IMG/VR virus record: IMGVR_UViG_3300017963_000014
Location: 37,797 to 101,796 of that record
Origin: a virus
Reading direction: 5' to 3' (one strand)
Length of the DNA stretch: 64,000 nucleotides
This document shows positions 1 to 9,627 of the stretch, one piece after another (within the stretch, counting starts at the first letter, position 1; every line of letters begins with the position of its first letter). Position numbers and translations under genes: made by a program. The notes beneath the pieces are model-generated. The model was not told where the DNA came from, made no database searches, and worked only from the letters and a program-made list of their open reading frames with translations.

Positions 1-1838
1 GCGAGCGACTCCTCGTCCGCGCCCTCGGCGATCTTCCAGCCCGAGGCGGGGCGGGGGTTCGTTACGGAGGCGATCAGGGAGCCTCCGTCGGAGTTGACGA
101 CGACCGTGTTCGCCCCAACGTTCCCGTCGTTCGCGGCCTCGACCCGGTACTCGAACCGGATGTTATCCGTCCCGAGCGGCGGGACTCTCCCGCGCTCCCC
201 GTCCCCGAAGGCGACCGTTAGGACCCCGCGCGAGTCCTGATCGACGACGAAGTGCCGGTCCGTCGAGCCGGAGGTCAGGAGTCGCTCGTCGAGCGCCGTT
301 AGGTTCTCCCACTCGACCTCGCCCCCGCCCTCGTCGACCCAGACCCGGACGGTGTTCCGGAGCCCGGGCGAGACCCCGAGCTCGAACCGCTGACTCGGCC
401 TCCCGTTCGAGCTCCGGAGGTCCTCCGTGTCGACCGTCCGCCCCTGTACCCCCGTCTCCAGTACGTACTGTGACCCCCCGTCGATTATCGCACGATCTAA
501 GATCGGCGCGGTCGGGGTAGAGACCGAGACGAGGCGGTAGCGGATGAAGAACCCGCTCGAACCGTTTACCTCGAGCGGTTGCCAGTTCTCGCGAAGCCCC
601 TGCGGTAGCTCGTACTCGACCGATCCGTCGGCGGAGAGGTCGGAGGTCCCGTCGACGAGCTCGGGGAGGGGGTTCCAGTCGGTACCGACGACGTAGTCCG
701 CTACGTCGAACGAGGGTGTCCCGGTCTGCCCGAGGAACGCCGTAACGTCGAGGACGTTCTTCCCCCCGACGAAGCTCGAGGGGAGGAGCTCGGAGATCCC
801 GGTCGGGAGGTACCGCGCGCGGACGAGCGCGCCGCTCCGGTCGGGGGTCCCGAGAAGGGACGAGAGGTCGAAGCGGAGGAACCCGCCCTCGTCCGTGACC
901 GCGTCCGGGTTCTCGTCCTCCTCGTCCGGGTCGTAGTACTCCCAGACCCCGGAGATCCCGGCCCCGACGGTGTCGAACGTCAGGTCGAGCGGGGTCCAGA
1001 GGACCCAGAAGCTACCGACGTAGAGCTTATCCCCCGCCTCCGGGTCCGCCCAGGGCGTGAAGTCCGGCGCGCCCGCGGTGTTTAACGCGGTCGAGCCGTC
1101 GGCGGTGTACGCTCGGATCCGCCAGGTCAGGTTCGTCTCCGGCGCGAAGAGCGGGTCCGGGTTCCCGAGCGTCCCCGCGAGCTTTACCCGCGATACCGCG
1201 CCGCTCGCGAGGATCGCCGCGAGTCGGAAGACCCCACCGTTCCCGTAGATCGAGTCCTCTACCTCGACCTCCTTCCCGATATCCCCGACGGTTACCGCCA
1301 TCGACGTCGACTGGAGCGCCGTCGGGTCCTCGAGAACGGTCTCCCCGTCCGTCCCCGAGCGGTCGAGCTCGAGCCCGAAGGCGGCGTCGACTACGTTCGA
1401 GGGACCGACGTAGGACTCCTCGAGTACCTCGAACGGGACCGGCTCCGCGTCCTCGGTCCGTCGGGTCTCGAAGAGCGCCGCCGCCTCGTGCAGTTGCTCC
1501 GACGCCCCCGGAACCCGCGAGAGCTCGAGGAGGAGTTCGACGGTCGCGGGCGAGTAGTCCTTGATGTAGTAGTCGATCAGCCGGAGGAGGAGCCGGACCG
1601 AGTCCTGGAGGTGCGCCGTCGGTACGTACCCCTCCTGCGCGACGAGGTCGAGTAGGACGTTGTTGTAGTGCCCGACGAGCGCGTAGCTTCGCTCCCCCTG
1701 GATGAAGGGCTCCTCCTCGACCTCGGACGTGATCTCGGGCGCGTTAACCCGGTTGAAGAGCCGGAGCCTCCGGAGGAGGTCGGCGTAATACGTACCCGAA
1801 AACTCGTAATCCGGTACCACTATTCTGGTGCTAGCCAT
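1..1838 (-). CDS. Baseplate wedge / baseplate J-like protein (partial, runs off left edge)
   Basis: Not in the ORF track. ATG at 1838 reads MASTRIVVPDYEFSGTYYADLLRRLRLFNRVNAPEITSE. Near the window edge it reads RHFVVDQDSRGVLTVAFGDGERGRVPP, typical of baseplate J/gp6-like wedge proteins. Directly follows the gp25-like gene. Confidence 0.8.
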   Translation of the reverse strand, partial: MASTRIVVPDYEFSGTYYADLLRRLRLFNRVNAPEITSEVEEEPFIQGERSYALVGHYNNVLLDLVAQEGYVPTAHLQDSVRLLLRLIDYYIKDYSPATVELLLELSRVPGASEQLHEAAALFETRRTEDAEPVPFEVLEESYVGPSNVVDAAFGLELDRSGTDGETVLEDPTALQSTSMAVTVGDIGKEVEVEDSIYGNGGVFRLAAILASGAVSRVKLAGTLGNPDPLFAPETNLTWRIRAYTADGSTALNTAGAPDFTPWADPEAGDKLYVGSFWVLWTPLDLTFDTVGAGISGVWEYYDPDEEDENPDAVTDEGGFLRFDLSSLLGTPDRSGALVRARYLPTGISELLPSSFVGGKNVLDVTAFLGQTGTPSFDVADYVVGTDWNPLPELVDGTSDLSADGSVEYELPQGLRENWQPLEVNGSSGFFIRYRLVSVSTPTAPILDRAIIDGGSQYVLETGVQGRTVDTEDLRSSNGRPSQRFELGVSPGLRNTVRVWVDEGGGEVEWENLTALDERLLTSGSTDRHFVVDQDSRGVLTVAFGDGERGRVPPLGTDNIRFEYRVEAANDGNVGANTVVVNSDGGSLIASVTNPRPASGWKIAEGADEESL

Positions 1839-1854
1839 CTCTCGGTCCGTCCTC

Positions 1855-2265
1855 TCAGCCGCTACGCGGGCTAGTCCGGTTCGAGTCGACGAGGTTCCCC
1901 TCGAACTCCCGCTCCTCGTCCGCCTCGAGGTCGACGTAGCGGACGTTCGCGATCAGCTCCTCGCCCTCCGCCCGCGTTTCGATCCCCCGCTCCGGGTCGA
2001 GTCGCGCGATCCCGGCCGCGCGGATCCGACGAAAGAAGCGCGTAACGTCCCTCCGGGCGGTCGAGGCGGCGGCGGAGGAGTTCACCTTGAAGATCGTCCG
2101 CTCCGAGACCCCGACGTCGACGCCGTCGCCGCGGAGGAACGGGTTCTGCGATAGGTTCGGGGTCAACCCCGTTCGGATCGTCTGGTCCGTGTACGGCGTC
2201 CCCTGGATAAGGACCGCGCCGCCGCGGCGGTTGACTCTTACGGGTACGGCGAAGCCTCGGGCCAT
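1855..2265 (-). CDS. gp25/GpW-like baseplate wedge protein
   Basis: 136 aa, located between the spike and wedge genes; size and position typical of gp25. Confidence 0.6.
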   Translation of the reverse strand: MARGFAVPVRVNRRGGAVLIQGTPYTDQTIRTGLTPNLSQNPFLRGDGVDVGVSERTIFKVNSSAAASTARRDVTRFFRRIRAAGIARLDPERGIETRAEGEELIANVRYVDLEADEEREFEGNLVDSNRTSPRSG

Positions 2266-2272
2266 CGTCTCT

Positions 2273-2941
2273 CTACTCCGTCTTGACCCGCGTCGAGAGC
2301 CAGCTCGACGCGGCGTTCCGAAGGGCGGTTACCGCCGGTTTGTAGGCGGTCCAGGCGTTCACGAGGTCCGTGAACCCGACGTTAAGCGGGAGGAGGGGGG
2401 GAGCGCCGCTCGCGGTCACCAGCTTCCCGAGTCCTATGAGGATGTCCGTCGCGAGCGTCTCCTCCGCCGCGAGGTAGGCGTCGAGCGCGGAGTTCAGCGT
2501 GTCGCCCCGGACGACCGGGTGCGTCGCCTCCTCTAAACCGAGCCGGAGGGCGGCGGAGACGAGCGCGGTGAGCGCCTTCGCCCGGTCCTGGAGGAAGACC
2601 TCCGCCCCGAACTTCACCCCGCCGCGGCTCGTCGGGTCGCTCCGGAACTCCGCCGGGATCGGGTCCCGGTCCGTGTAGCGGAAGCCCGTTACCCGGGCGT
2701 CGATCTCCTCCGTCCCCCGCTCGGGGTCGGCCTCGACCTCGAGGACCGCGAGCGCGTCCTCGTTCGGGGGGTAGTAGAAGCCCTCGCCGCCGCCGGCGAA
2801 GGGGAAGTCGACGGGGAACCAGGCGTCGTCGCCCTCTAGCGGGACTCCCTCTACGAGGGTCCCGGCCTCGACCCGCGCCCGACCCTGCCGCTCCGGGTCC
2901 GCGGCGGAGACGACCCGCGCGAAGTGCTTCTCCGGCCTCAT
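2273..2941 (-). CDS. Baseplate central spike (gpV/gp5 OB-fold)
   Basis: N-terminal ARVVSAADPERQGRARV...FPFAGGGEGFYYPP is the gp5/VgrG OB-fold pattern. Confidence 0.75.
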   Translation of the reverse strand: MRPEKHFARVVSAADPERQGRARVEAGTLVEGVPLEGDDAWFPVDFPFAGGGEGFYYPPNEDALAVLEVEADPERGTEEIDARVTGFRYTDRDPIPAEFRSDPTSRGGVKFGAEVFLQDRAKALTALVSAALRLGLEEATHPVVRGDTLNSALDAYLAAEETLATDILIGLGKLVTASGAPPLLPLNVGFTDLVNAWTAYKPAVTALRNAASSWLSTRVKTE

Positions 2942-4146
2942 TACTGCTCGGCCTCCTCCCCCCGGACCGCCGAGGTGTTCTCGGGCGAGCCGAGGACGCT
3001 CCGAAGGACCCGCTTCCGCGCGTCGAACCGGACCTCGTAGAGGCTCCGGGCTTGCTGCTTGTGAACGACCCGCCGCAGTACCCAGTCCCCGGAGTACCGG
3101 GGTCCGAGCCCCTCGAAGTCGTGGATCTGCCCCCGCCGGAGGTCGGGCGAGCCGACGATAACGCCGGAGCCCGAGACGAACTCGCGCTCGCGCGCGGAGT
3201 ACCAGGCGGCGGCCCAGCGCTTCGCCTCCGCGGTAGAGCGGAAGGCGAGCCCGGCGACCGCCTCCTCCCGCTGCCCGTGCGTCGTGACCGTGACCGCCGG
3301 CCCGTTCGGGATCTTCTCCTGGAGCCTCTCGAGCCCGATCGCCGCGTTGAACCCCGTCCGCTCCGCCTCCTTGCTCCGGACCTTAACCGTGACGCGGTGC
3401 AGCTTCCTCGTCTTCGGGTCGGTCCAGGAGACCTCGAGCTCCGTCGTCTGCGACGATATCGAGGTCCGCGGCGAGAACTCGAGGAGCGTCGCGTCCGCCT
3501 CGCCGGTCCCGTAGACGAAGCGGCGCCGCTCCTCCTGCCCCTGCGCATCCGGCGGTCCGAAGTAGCCGATCCAGGCCCGCTGCTCCGTGTCCCAGTAGAC
3601 CTGGACGACGAAGTCGTGCAGCTTCGCGAGCCGACGGAGAAACTCCCAGCGGTTCGTCCCCTTCTTCCGCGTCCGCGTCTGGAGCCGCTTCGTCCGGTAG
3701 ACGAACGGGACGACCCCGGCGGAGCGGAAGACGGCGGAGGCGATATCCGAGTCCGTCTGCCTCGAGTAGCTCTTCCCGCGGTCGCGGCCGGGGACGGTCA
3801 TCAGGTCGAAGGAGGCGTCGACCGCGACGACGCGGAGGTTCGGGATACCGCCCCGGGGGAAGCTCGGCTCGGGGGCGACGATGAAGCCACGGTTCATAAA
3901 GCGGAGCGGCTTCCCGGCGTAGCCCATCCAGAGGTCGAGTTCGTTACCCTCCGCGAATACCCTCTCGTCGAGGAAGCGGAAGTCGACGTTGTTTACGTCG
4001 ATCGAGATCTTACTCGCCACGTTCTCCCCCTCCTCGTACTCGACGCGCGAGACGAAGGAGGTTACGTCCTCGCCGAGACCCTTCCCCTCGACCGAGAGGA
4101 GGAAGCGGGGGGCGAGTAGGTCGGTGTTCGGGGCGAAGGACGGCAT
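2941..4146 (-). CDS. Baseplate hub / late control D (gp27-like) protein
   Basis: 401 aa with GNELDLWMGY, TDSDIA, TNRWEFLRRLAK and GLGPRYSGDWVLRRVVH motifs of the GpD/hub family. Confidence 0.8.
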   Translation of the reverse strand: MPSFAPNTDLLAPRFLLSVEGKGLGEDVTSFVSRVEYEEGENVASKISIDVNNVDFRFLDERVFAEGNELDLWMGYAGKPLRFMNRGFIVAPEPSFPRGGIPNLRVVAVDASFDLMTVPGRDRGKSYSRQTDSDIASAVFRSAGVVPFVYRTKRLQTRTRKKGTNRWEFLRRLAKLHDFVVQVYWDTEQRAWIGYFGPPDAQGQEERRRFVYGTGEADATLLEFSPRTSISSQTTELEVSWTDPKTRKLHRVTVKVRSKEAERTGFNAAIGLERLQEKIPNGPAVTVTTHGQREEAVAGLAFRSTAEAKRWAAAWYSAREREFVSGSGVIVGSPDLRRGQIHDFEGLGPRYSGDWVLRRVVHKQQARSLYEVRFDARKRVLRSVLGSPENTSAVRGEEAEQ

Positions 4147-4152
4147 CTCGCG

Positions 4153-4980
4153 CTAGAACTCCTCCGGCGAGCCGTCGGCGTAGATAGCGAGGTACCGGTC
4201 GCGGTTCCGGAGCTCGAGGAGCCGCCGGAGGTTCTCCTCCGCCGCCTCGTAACCCGGTCCCGTCCGGAAGCCGTGAAACGCCGGCCGTAGCCGGAGCGTC
4301 CGGAGGTAGTCCTCCGGGAAGACGTGGACCCCGTCGTTCGGCCGGAGGTCCGCGAGCGGCATGCCCGGGACGCGCGGGTTTAGCTGCCGGAGTAGGACCC
4401 CGAGGAGCGCGTCCCCGTACTCGTCGCGCGCGATCGTCTCGTAGGTGTCCCCGGCCCGCGCCCGTCTGACCCGCGTGAACTGCTGCGGTACCGAGGGATC
4501 GGTCACGACCCAGTCGACCTCCTCGTACCGGAGGAGAGTGATCGTTAGCGAGACCCCCCGGAGCGTCCCGTCCTCGCGGACCTCGTCGTAGGTTACGCCG
4601 CCGATCGATCGGACGAGGCAGTCGAAGCGGAGCGTCGCGAGCGAGCCGAGCCCGAAGTTACAGACCGGCGGTCGCCCGAGGTCGGAGTTCCGACGAACGA
4701 GCGTCTCGAGTCGGACGAGCCGGTCCTCGACCGTGAAGTCCTCGCTGTCCGCGGCCCAGAGCTTCGCGCGGAAGGAGACCTCCTCGACCTCGCCCGATAT
4801 CCACTGGAGGATCGGCCGATCGAGACCGACGCTCTCGCCGACCGCGATCGAGCCCGCGACCGTCTTCGATAGGTCCTGCGGCGTGAACTGCCCGACTATA
4901 TCGTCCCCGCGGTCGAGGTCGGTCAGGACCCAGAGCTTCGGATCCAGGCCTAGTCCTCCGATACCGGCGTTCGAGGCCAT
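4153..4980 (-). CDS. Tail tube initiator with C-terminal LysM-like domain
   Basis: Tube-initiator N-terminus (GQFTPQDLS, GRPPVCNF) and LysM-like RAGDTYETIARDEYGD...LNP; follows the tape measure gene. Confidence 0.7.
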   Translation of the reverse strand: MASNAGIGGLGLDPKLWVLTDLDRGDDIVGQFTPQDLSKTVAGSIAVGESVGLDRPILQWISGEVEEVSFRAKLWAADSEDFTVEDRLVRLETLVRRNSDLGRPPVCNFGLGSLATLRFDCLVRSIGGVTYDEVREDGTLRGVSLTITLLRYEEVDWVVTDPSVPQQFTRVRRARAGDTYETIARDEYGDALLGVLLRQLNPRVPGMPLADLRPNDGVHVFPEDYLRTLRLRPAFHGFRTGPGYEAAEENLRRLLELRNRDRYLAIYADGSPEEF

Positions 4981-4985
4981 TTACC

Positions 4986-7487
4986 CTAACCTCCCGCCCC
5001 GACCGGGGAGAGGTTCCCCGAGAGTAGGAGCGAGCGGTCGCCCGGTCGGAGTCGACCGCCGCGCTCGAGCTCGTCGAGCTGCACCTCCGCTACCGCCCGC
5101 GCGAGCTCGCGCCCGTCGACGGTTAGCGGGACCTCGATCCGGTAGGTTCCCCCGCCCCCGCCCGCGGACGCCGGGGAAGGCGATACCCGCCCGGGGTCCC
5201 CGGTACCGAGCGCTCCCGCGGTAGCCGCCCCGAGGAGTCCCCCGGGGGTTCGCGAGGTTACCGCCGCCGCGAGCTCCGCGCGGTCGAGTAGGACGTCGCC
5301 GGGGGAGGCGTTAACGTACCCGCCGGAGCGGACGAGCGCATCGCCCGCCGGAGCCGGGGTCGGGGTCGTCTTAGCCGGGCGCGTCGCGGGGAACCGCGCG
5401 AGCTGCGTCGAGATCGACGCTAGCGCCCCCGCGATCTGCTCCTGCGTGAAGTTGTTCCTCCGGAGCGTCTCCGCGATCTTCGCCTCCGCGAAACCGCGCG
5501 TAACCGCCCGGCGCTCTCCCCCGGCCTCCGTAACGAACCCGCTCTTGATCCCCGCGAGGTTCGCCGAGATCTGCCGCGCGGTCGTCTTCGCGACGTCCTC
5601 CGGACTCGCCGCCGCCTGCCGGAACCCCTTCCCCCCGAGCGCCTGCGAGAAGAACCGCCCGAGGTCCCCGGAGCGTATCTCGTTGTAGAGATCGATTATC
5701 GCGCGCCAGCCCGCGACGACGCGCTCGATCACCTTCAGGATCGCGGCGAAGGCGGCCCCGACGACGGTTCCGAAGGTCTTCCAGCCCTCGGTCGAGCCCT
5801 GCACCCCCAGGATCGAGGCGAGGAGTCGACCGAACGCGCGCCCGAGCCCCTTGATCTGATTCCAGAGTTCGCCGAGGACGCCCGATCCGGAGATCGCGTT
5901 CGTGAATCCTTGCCAGAGCGCGCGAGCGTTGTCCAACCCCATCGATAGCGCCAGGAGAGCGCCGACGATCCCGACCGGACCGAGGATACCGAGGAGCGGC
6001 CCCAGGATCTTCACGACCCCGAGGGCGATACTCCCGAAGCCCCCGAGAAGCTTAGTTACCCCGAAGAGCGCGATCGAGACCGGTCCGATCGCCGCGAGTA
6101 GTAGGGCGAACTTCGTAACTACCGCCGCGATTCCCCGAGCTCCGGAGTCGCCGGTGAAGCCGAACCACTTCGCTACGCTCTTCAGCGAAGCGATCACGCT
6201 CGAGATCGCGGACTTCGCCGCCTCGAAACCCTCCTTGATCCCCTTCGCGATCTCGAGGTAGACGGGCGGCATCTTCTCGAGGATCGCGAGCGTCTTCGGG
6301 TCCGTTATCTGCTCGCCCTGCACGACCCGGAGCGCTACCGAGAGGTTCGAGAGCATCAGCGTGATCCTCGCGATCCCGCTGGAAAACCCGCTCCCTACGA
6401 ACGTGAAGAGCGCGTTATTCGTCGCCTCGAGCGCGGAGCGGAAGAGGACGATCTTCTGCGAGAGGGGGAGCATCATAATCTCGACCATCGTCTTCGCGGT
6501 CGCGCCCGTCTCCTTCCGGAGCTCCGCTAGCGTCTTGTTGAACTTAGCTAGGTTCGCCTTATCGAGCGCGCTCCCGATCGCGAGCCCGCGTACCCCGAAG
6601 ATCTTCGCCGCGATCGCGGCCCGCTTCGACCGCTTCTCGAACTTCCCGAGCTTGTTGGTAATCGCCGTAAAGAGCCCGACGACGTCCCCTTGGTCGATAA
6701 GCTCCGAGACGACGTCCATCGAGATCCCGAGCTGCGCGATCCCGCTCTTCGCCTCCTTCGTCGGCTTGATCAGCCTCGTTATCGCCGTCCGGAAGGCGGT
6801 CCCGGAGAGGGTAGCCTTCAGGCCGATATCTGCGAGCGAACCTAGGATCGCCGCCGTGTCCGCTAGCGGCGCCCCGACCTGCCGCGCCGAGACGCTCGCG
6901 AACTTTAGCCCCTGCTGGAGCTCGGACATATTCGTGTTCGTCCGCGCCGAGGTCAGCGCGAGGACGCCCGCGACGCTCGCCGCCTCCTTCGCGTCGATCG
7001 AGAAGCCGCGTAGGTTCGAGGCGACCATATCCGCGGCCTCCGCGAGTCCGATCCCCTCGGCCGCCGCCGCGGCTAAGGTACCCTCGACCGCGCCGGCGAC
7101 CTCGTCGACCTCGAGGCCGGCGCGCTTAAGGGCGGTCATCGCGTCGACTGCCTCGGAGGCGGAGAACTTCGTCGTCGCGCCCATCGTCTTCGCGAGGGAC
7201 TCGAGGCCCTTCGTCATATCCCCGGTCGTGTCGAGCGAGACCGCGCGGAGCTTGCTCATCGCGGTCTCGAACTTCATCCCGTCGCGGAGCATCAGACCGA
7301 AGGCGGCGGTAACGGGGGCGGAGGCGAGCGCGATCGAGCCGAGCCCGCGCCCGACGAACGCGGCGCCCCTCCCGATCCCCGCGAACTGCGTCTTTAGCGC
7401 GGAGGCGGCTCGACCGAGGCGCCCCATCGCGGCGGTCGCCCCCTTGTCGACGAACTCGAGGATCGCGGCGAGACCGAACTTCCTCAT
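4986..7487 (-). CDS. Tail tape measure protein (TP901 family)
   Basis: 833 aa, Ala/Gly-rich, with FETAMSKLRAVS, MGATTKFSASE, ARTNTNMSEL and GLKATLSGTAFR core motifs. Confidence 0.92.
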   Translation of the reverse strand: MRKFGLAAILEFVDKGATAAMGRLGRAASALKTQFAGIGRGAAFVGRGLGSIALASAPVTAAFGLMLRDGMKFETAMSKLRAVSLDTTGDMTKGLESLAKTMGATTKFSASEAVDAMTALKRAGLEVDEVAGAVEGTLAAAAAEGIGLAEAADMVASNLRGFSIDAKEAASVAGVLALTSARTNTNMSELQQGLKFASVSARQVGAPLADTAAILGSLADIGLKATLSGTAFRTAITRLIKPTKEAKSGIAQLGISMDVVSELIDQGDVVGLFTAITNKLGKFEKRSKRAAIAAKIFGVRGLAIGSALDKANLAKFNKTLAELRKETGATAKTMVEIMMLPLSQKIVLFRSALEATNNALFTFVGSGFSSGIARITLMLSNLSVALRVVQGEQITDPKTLAILEKMPPVYLEIAKGIKEGFEAAKSAISSVIASLKSVAKWFGFTGDSGARGIAAVVTKFALLLAAIGPVSIALFGVTKLLGGFGSIALGVVKILGPLLGILGPVGIVGALLALSMGLDNARALWQGFTNAISGSGVLGELWNQIKGLGRAFGRLLASILGVQGSTEGWKTFGTVVGAAFAAILKVIERVVAGWRAIIDLYNEIRSGDLGRFFSQALGGKGFRQAAASPEDVAKTTARQISANLAGIKSGFVTEAGGERRAVTRGFAEAKIAETLRRNNFTQEQIAGALASISTQLARFPATRPAKTTPTPAPAGDALVRSGGYVNASPGDVLLDRAELAAAVTSRTPGGLLGAATAGALGTGDPGRVSPSPASAGGGGGTYRIEVPLTVDGRELARAVAEVQLDELERGGRLRPGDRSLLLSGNLSPVGAGG

Positions 7488-7706
7488 CTACCGACTCCTC
7501 GCGCGCCCCCCGCGGGGCGGTCTCCTCCGCCGCCTCTCCGCCGCTTCCCGCGAGCGCTTCAGACGCGCGAGCGTCCAGCGGCGTTTCTCCGGGCTCATCG
7601 CCCGGACGTCCTCGCTCCGGATAGCACCCCCGGAGCCTACGAGAATCGCGAACTCCTCCTCCCAGAGCTGCTCCCGCGGCGTTACCGGGAGGAACTCGCG
7701 AAAAAA
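7488..7706 (-). CDS. Frameshift extension of tail assembly chaperone (gpGT-like C-terminus)
   Basis: The -1 frame after the T TTT TTC heptamer (7706-7700) reads FFREFLPVTPREQLWEEEFAIL...MSPEKRRWTLARL and stops immediately before the tape measure ATG. Confidence 0.75.
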   Translation of the reverse strand, partial: FFREFLPVTPREQLWEEEFAILVGSGGAIRSEDVRAMSPEKRRWTLARLKRSREAAERRRRRPPRGGRARSR

Positions 7707-8581
7707 ACGTCGTACGTCCAGGGGATCGCCGCGGTGAAGGTATCCCCGCACTTCGGGCAGCGGTCGGAGACCTGCATCACCGGCCCGCCGCCGAGCGCGT
7801 CGATCTCGGAGACGACGCGGTTGATCTCCCGGGTCCTCATCGTCCGGAGGTGCTCCGCCGTGAGGAACGTCGGCCCCGCGGGCGCGCCCTCGATCCCGAC
7901 GACCCCGCTCGAGATCATCGCGAGCTTCAGCTTCGCGGCGTTCGAGAACATCCCGGGGTTGTCCTCGATCATCGCCCAGCGGACGGGCGCGATCTTCAGT
8001 ACCTTCAGTCGCTTGCCCGCGAACTCTACCCCGTGCTCGAGCTCTACCCGCCCCTCCGGAACCTCGTCGAAGGTCTTGACCTCGATCGTCCGGAGGTCGG
8101 CCGAGAACTTCGGGATCTCGTACCCGCAGCGGTCGCACTCGACGTCCTTGAGCTTTAACTCCACGCCCTCGGCCGCGATCCGGACCCAGACGTAGGCGTA
8201 GAGGGCGTCGGCGAAGAAGAGGCGGCGAACGAGGAGCCGCCGCTGACTCCGCTTCAGCTCCCGGACGTCGATCGTCCCGACGCGGGTTAGGCCGGCGGCG
8301 ATCACCTCGGACATATAGGTCGCGAGGTTTATCTTCCGATCCTTCTCCGAGATCTCGCCGAGCGACTCCTCGACCGCGTAGTTCCAGTCGACGACCTCGA
8401 AGTCCGCGTGCTTCGTCCCGTCCGCGTCTACGAACCCCGTCGGGAACCGCTTCCCGAGCTCGTCGAGCGTCGGGAGCTTCGCCCCCGAGCTAGACGGGTC
8501 GCCGTCGAGCCGCGCGAGCTCCGGCGGAACCGGTCCCAGCGGTCCCGGGTCCGTCCTCTCCTCCGTCGATTCGTTCTGCAT
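7682..8581 (-). CDS. Tail assembly chaperone (gpG-like)
   Basis: 299 aa between tube and tape measure; CDRC and CPKC motifs; ends at a T7 slippery site. Confidence 0.75.
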   Translation of the reverse strand: MQNESTEERTDPGPLGPVPPELARLDGDPSSSGAKLPTLDELGKRFPTGFVDADGTKHADFEVVDWNYAVEESLGEISEKDRKINLATYMSEVIAAGLTRVGTIDVRELKRSQRRLLVRRLFFADALYAYVWVRIAAEGVELKLKDVECDRCGYEIPKFSADLRTIEVKTFDEVPEGRVELEHGVEFAGKRLKVLKIAPVRWAMIEDNPGMFSNAAKLKLAMISSGVVGIEGAPAGPTFLTAEHLRTMRTREINRVVSEIDALGGGPVMQVSDRCPKCGDTFTAAIPWTYDVFFASSSR

Positions 8582-8727
8582 CTCGTTCCCTCCAGTCGGG
8601 ACCCTCCGCGGGTCCGTTGCGAGGTCTAAAGGTCCGCTCCCCCCGCGGTCGCCCCGGTCGCCGGCGCCGTCCCCCGGGAGGGAGACGACTTACCCGGTCC
8701 GTGGGCGCCCCGCGCGCCAACGAGCGA

Positions 8728-9165
8728 CTAGATCGGGAGGATCCGGTCGCCCTTGAACGTCCAGGTCGTCACGTCGAGATCGCCCTCGTTCTCCATCTCG
8801 AGGTCCGCGGTTTCTCTCATCGACGGGAACGTCCCGAGGAGGTTGTAGCTCTTGACCTGGAGGTTCGAGACGGAGCGCTTCAGGAGCGTCGCCGCCCGCT
8901 TGTACCCCGGCGTCCCGAGCTGCGCCGCGAGGAACCAGGCCTCGAGGTACGCGTTCTCGACCGCGTGGTGTGTCGGGTGCGTCGCCGTCGTCTCGAAGCT
9001 CTTCGTGTTACCGCCGCTCGCGACCGTCCGGTCCGGGAGGTCGACGGTCTCGAGCTCCTCGGGGATCCCGTCGAAGGTCACGAACGTCAGGATCGGCGGA
9101 CCGCCGACGACGATCAGCTCGTAGTTGTTGACCGGAATATGGTCTGGAAGGATCATACCTTTCAT
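8728..9165 (-). CDS. Tail tube protein
   Basis: 145 aa downstream of the sheath gene, with a tube-like C-terminus (SYNLLGTFPS...LEMENEGDLDVTTWTF) and a strong AAGGAG RBS. Confidence 0.7.
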   Translation of the reverse strand: MKGMILPDHIPVNNYELIVVGGPPILTFVTFDGIPEELETVDLPDRTVASGGNTKSFETTATHPTHHAVENAYLEAWFLAAQLGTPGYKRAATLLKRSVSNLQVKSYNLLGTFPSMRETADLEMENEGDLDVTTWTFKGDRILPI

Positions 9166-9243
9166 TTCGCGACCCTCTCTCCTTCTCGCCCCCTATCCCG
9201 GGGGACGGTTTCTCCGCGCGCGGGTCTCCCTCCGGATCGCCGC

Positions 9244-9555
9244 CTACTGCTCGGCGAAGAACCGGAAGACGCCGTCGGCGGCGTTAACGTCGTCGGCGCC
9301 GCCGAGCGAGAAGCCGGTCGGGAGCAGCGTCGGTCCGCCGGTCGTCTCGAGCGTCCGGGTACCGTCGGCGGCGGTCTTGAAGTAGCTCCCGTCCGCCATA
9401 CCCTCGAGGTGCTCGACCTTCACGAGCGCGGTCTCGGTCCGCTCGATCGTCAGTCGCCGGGGCTTGAACCCGACCTTGTCCTCGGCGATCACCAGGGGCG
9501 CGACGCCCGTTCCGACGTAGCTCCCGCTCACGTTCCGTGCGATTCCGCTAGCCAT
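9244..9555 (-). CDS. Hypothetical virion protein
   Basis: 103 aa with AAGGAG RBS, between sheath and tube genes. Confidence 0.55.
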   Translation of the reverse strand: MASGIARNVSGSYVGTGVAPLVIAEDKVGFKPRRLTIERTETALVKVEHLEGMADGSYFKTAADGTRTLETTGGPTLLPTGFSLGGADDVNAADGVFRFFAEQ

Positions 9556-9627
9556 CGTAACTCTCTCTCCTTTCGCTCCCCCGCGCGGGGGAGGGGTTCC
9601 GATTCGAAGTATACCCGCCAGGGGGCT

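Noticed and set aside
8582-8727. GC-rich gap between tube and chaperone genes as tRNA or ncRNA
   Set aside because: No cloverleaf or T-loop consensus; only short stems expected at this GC content.
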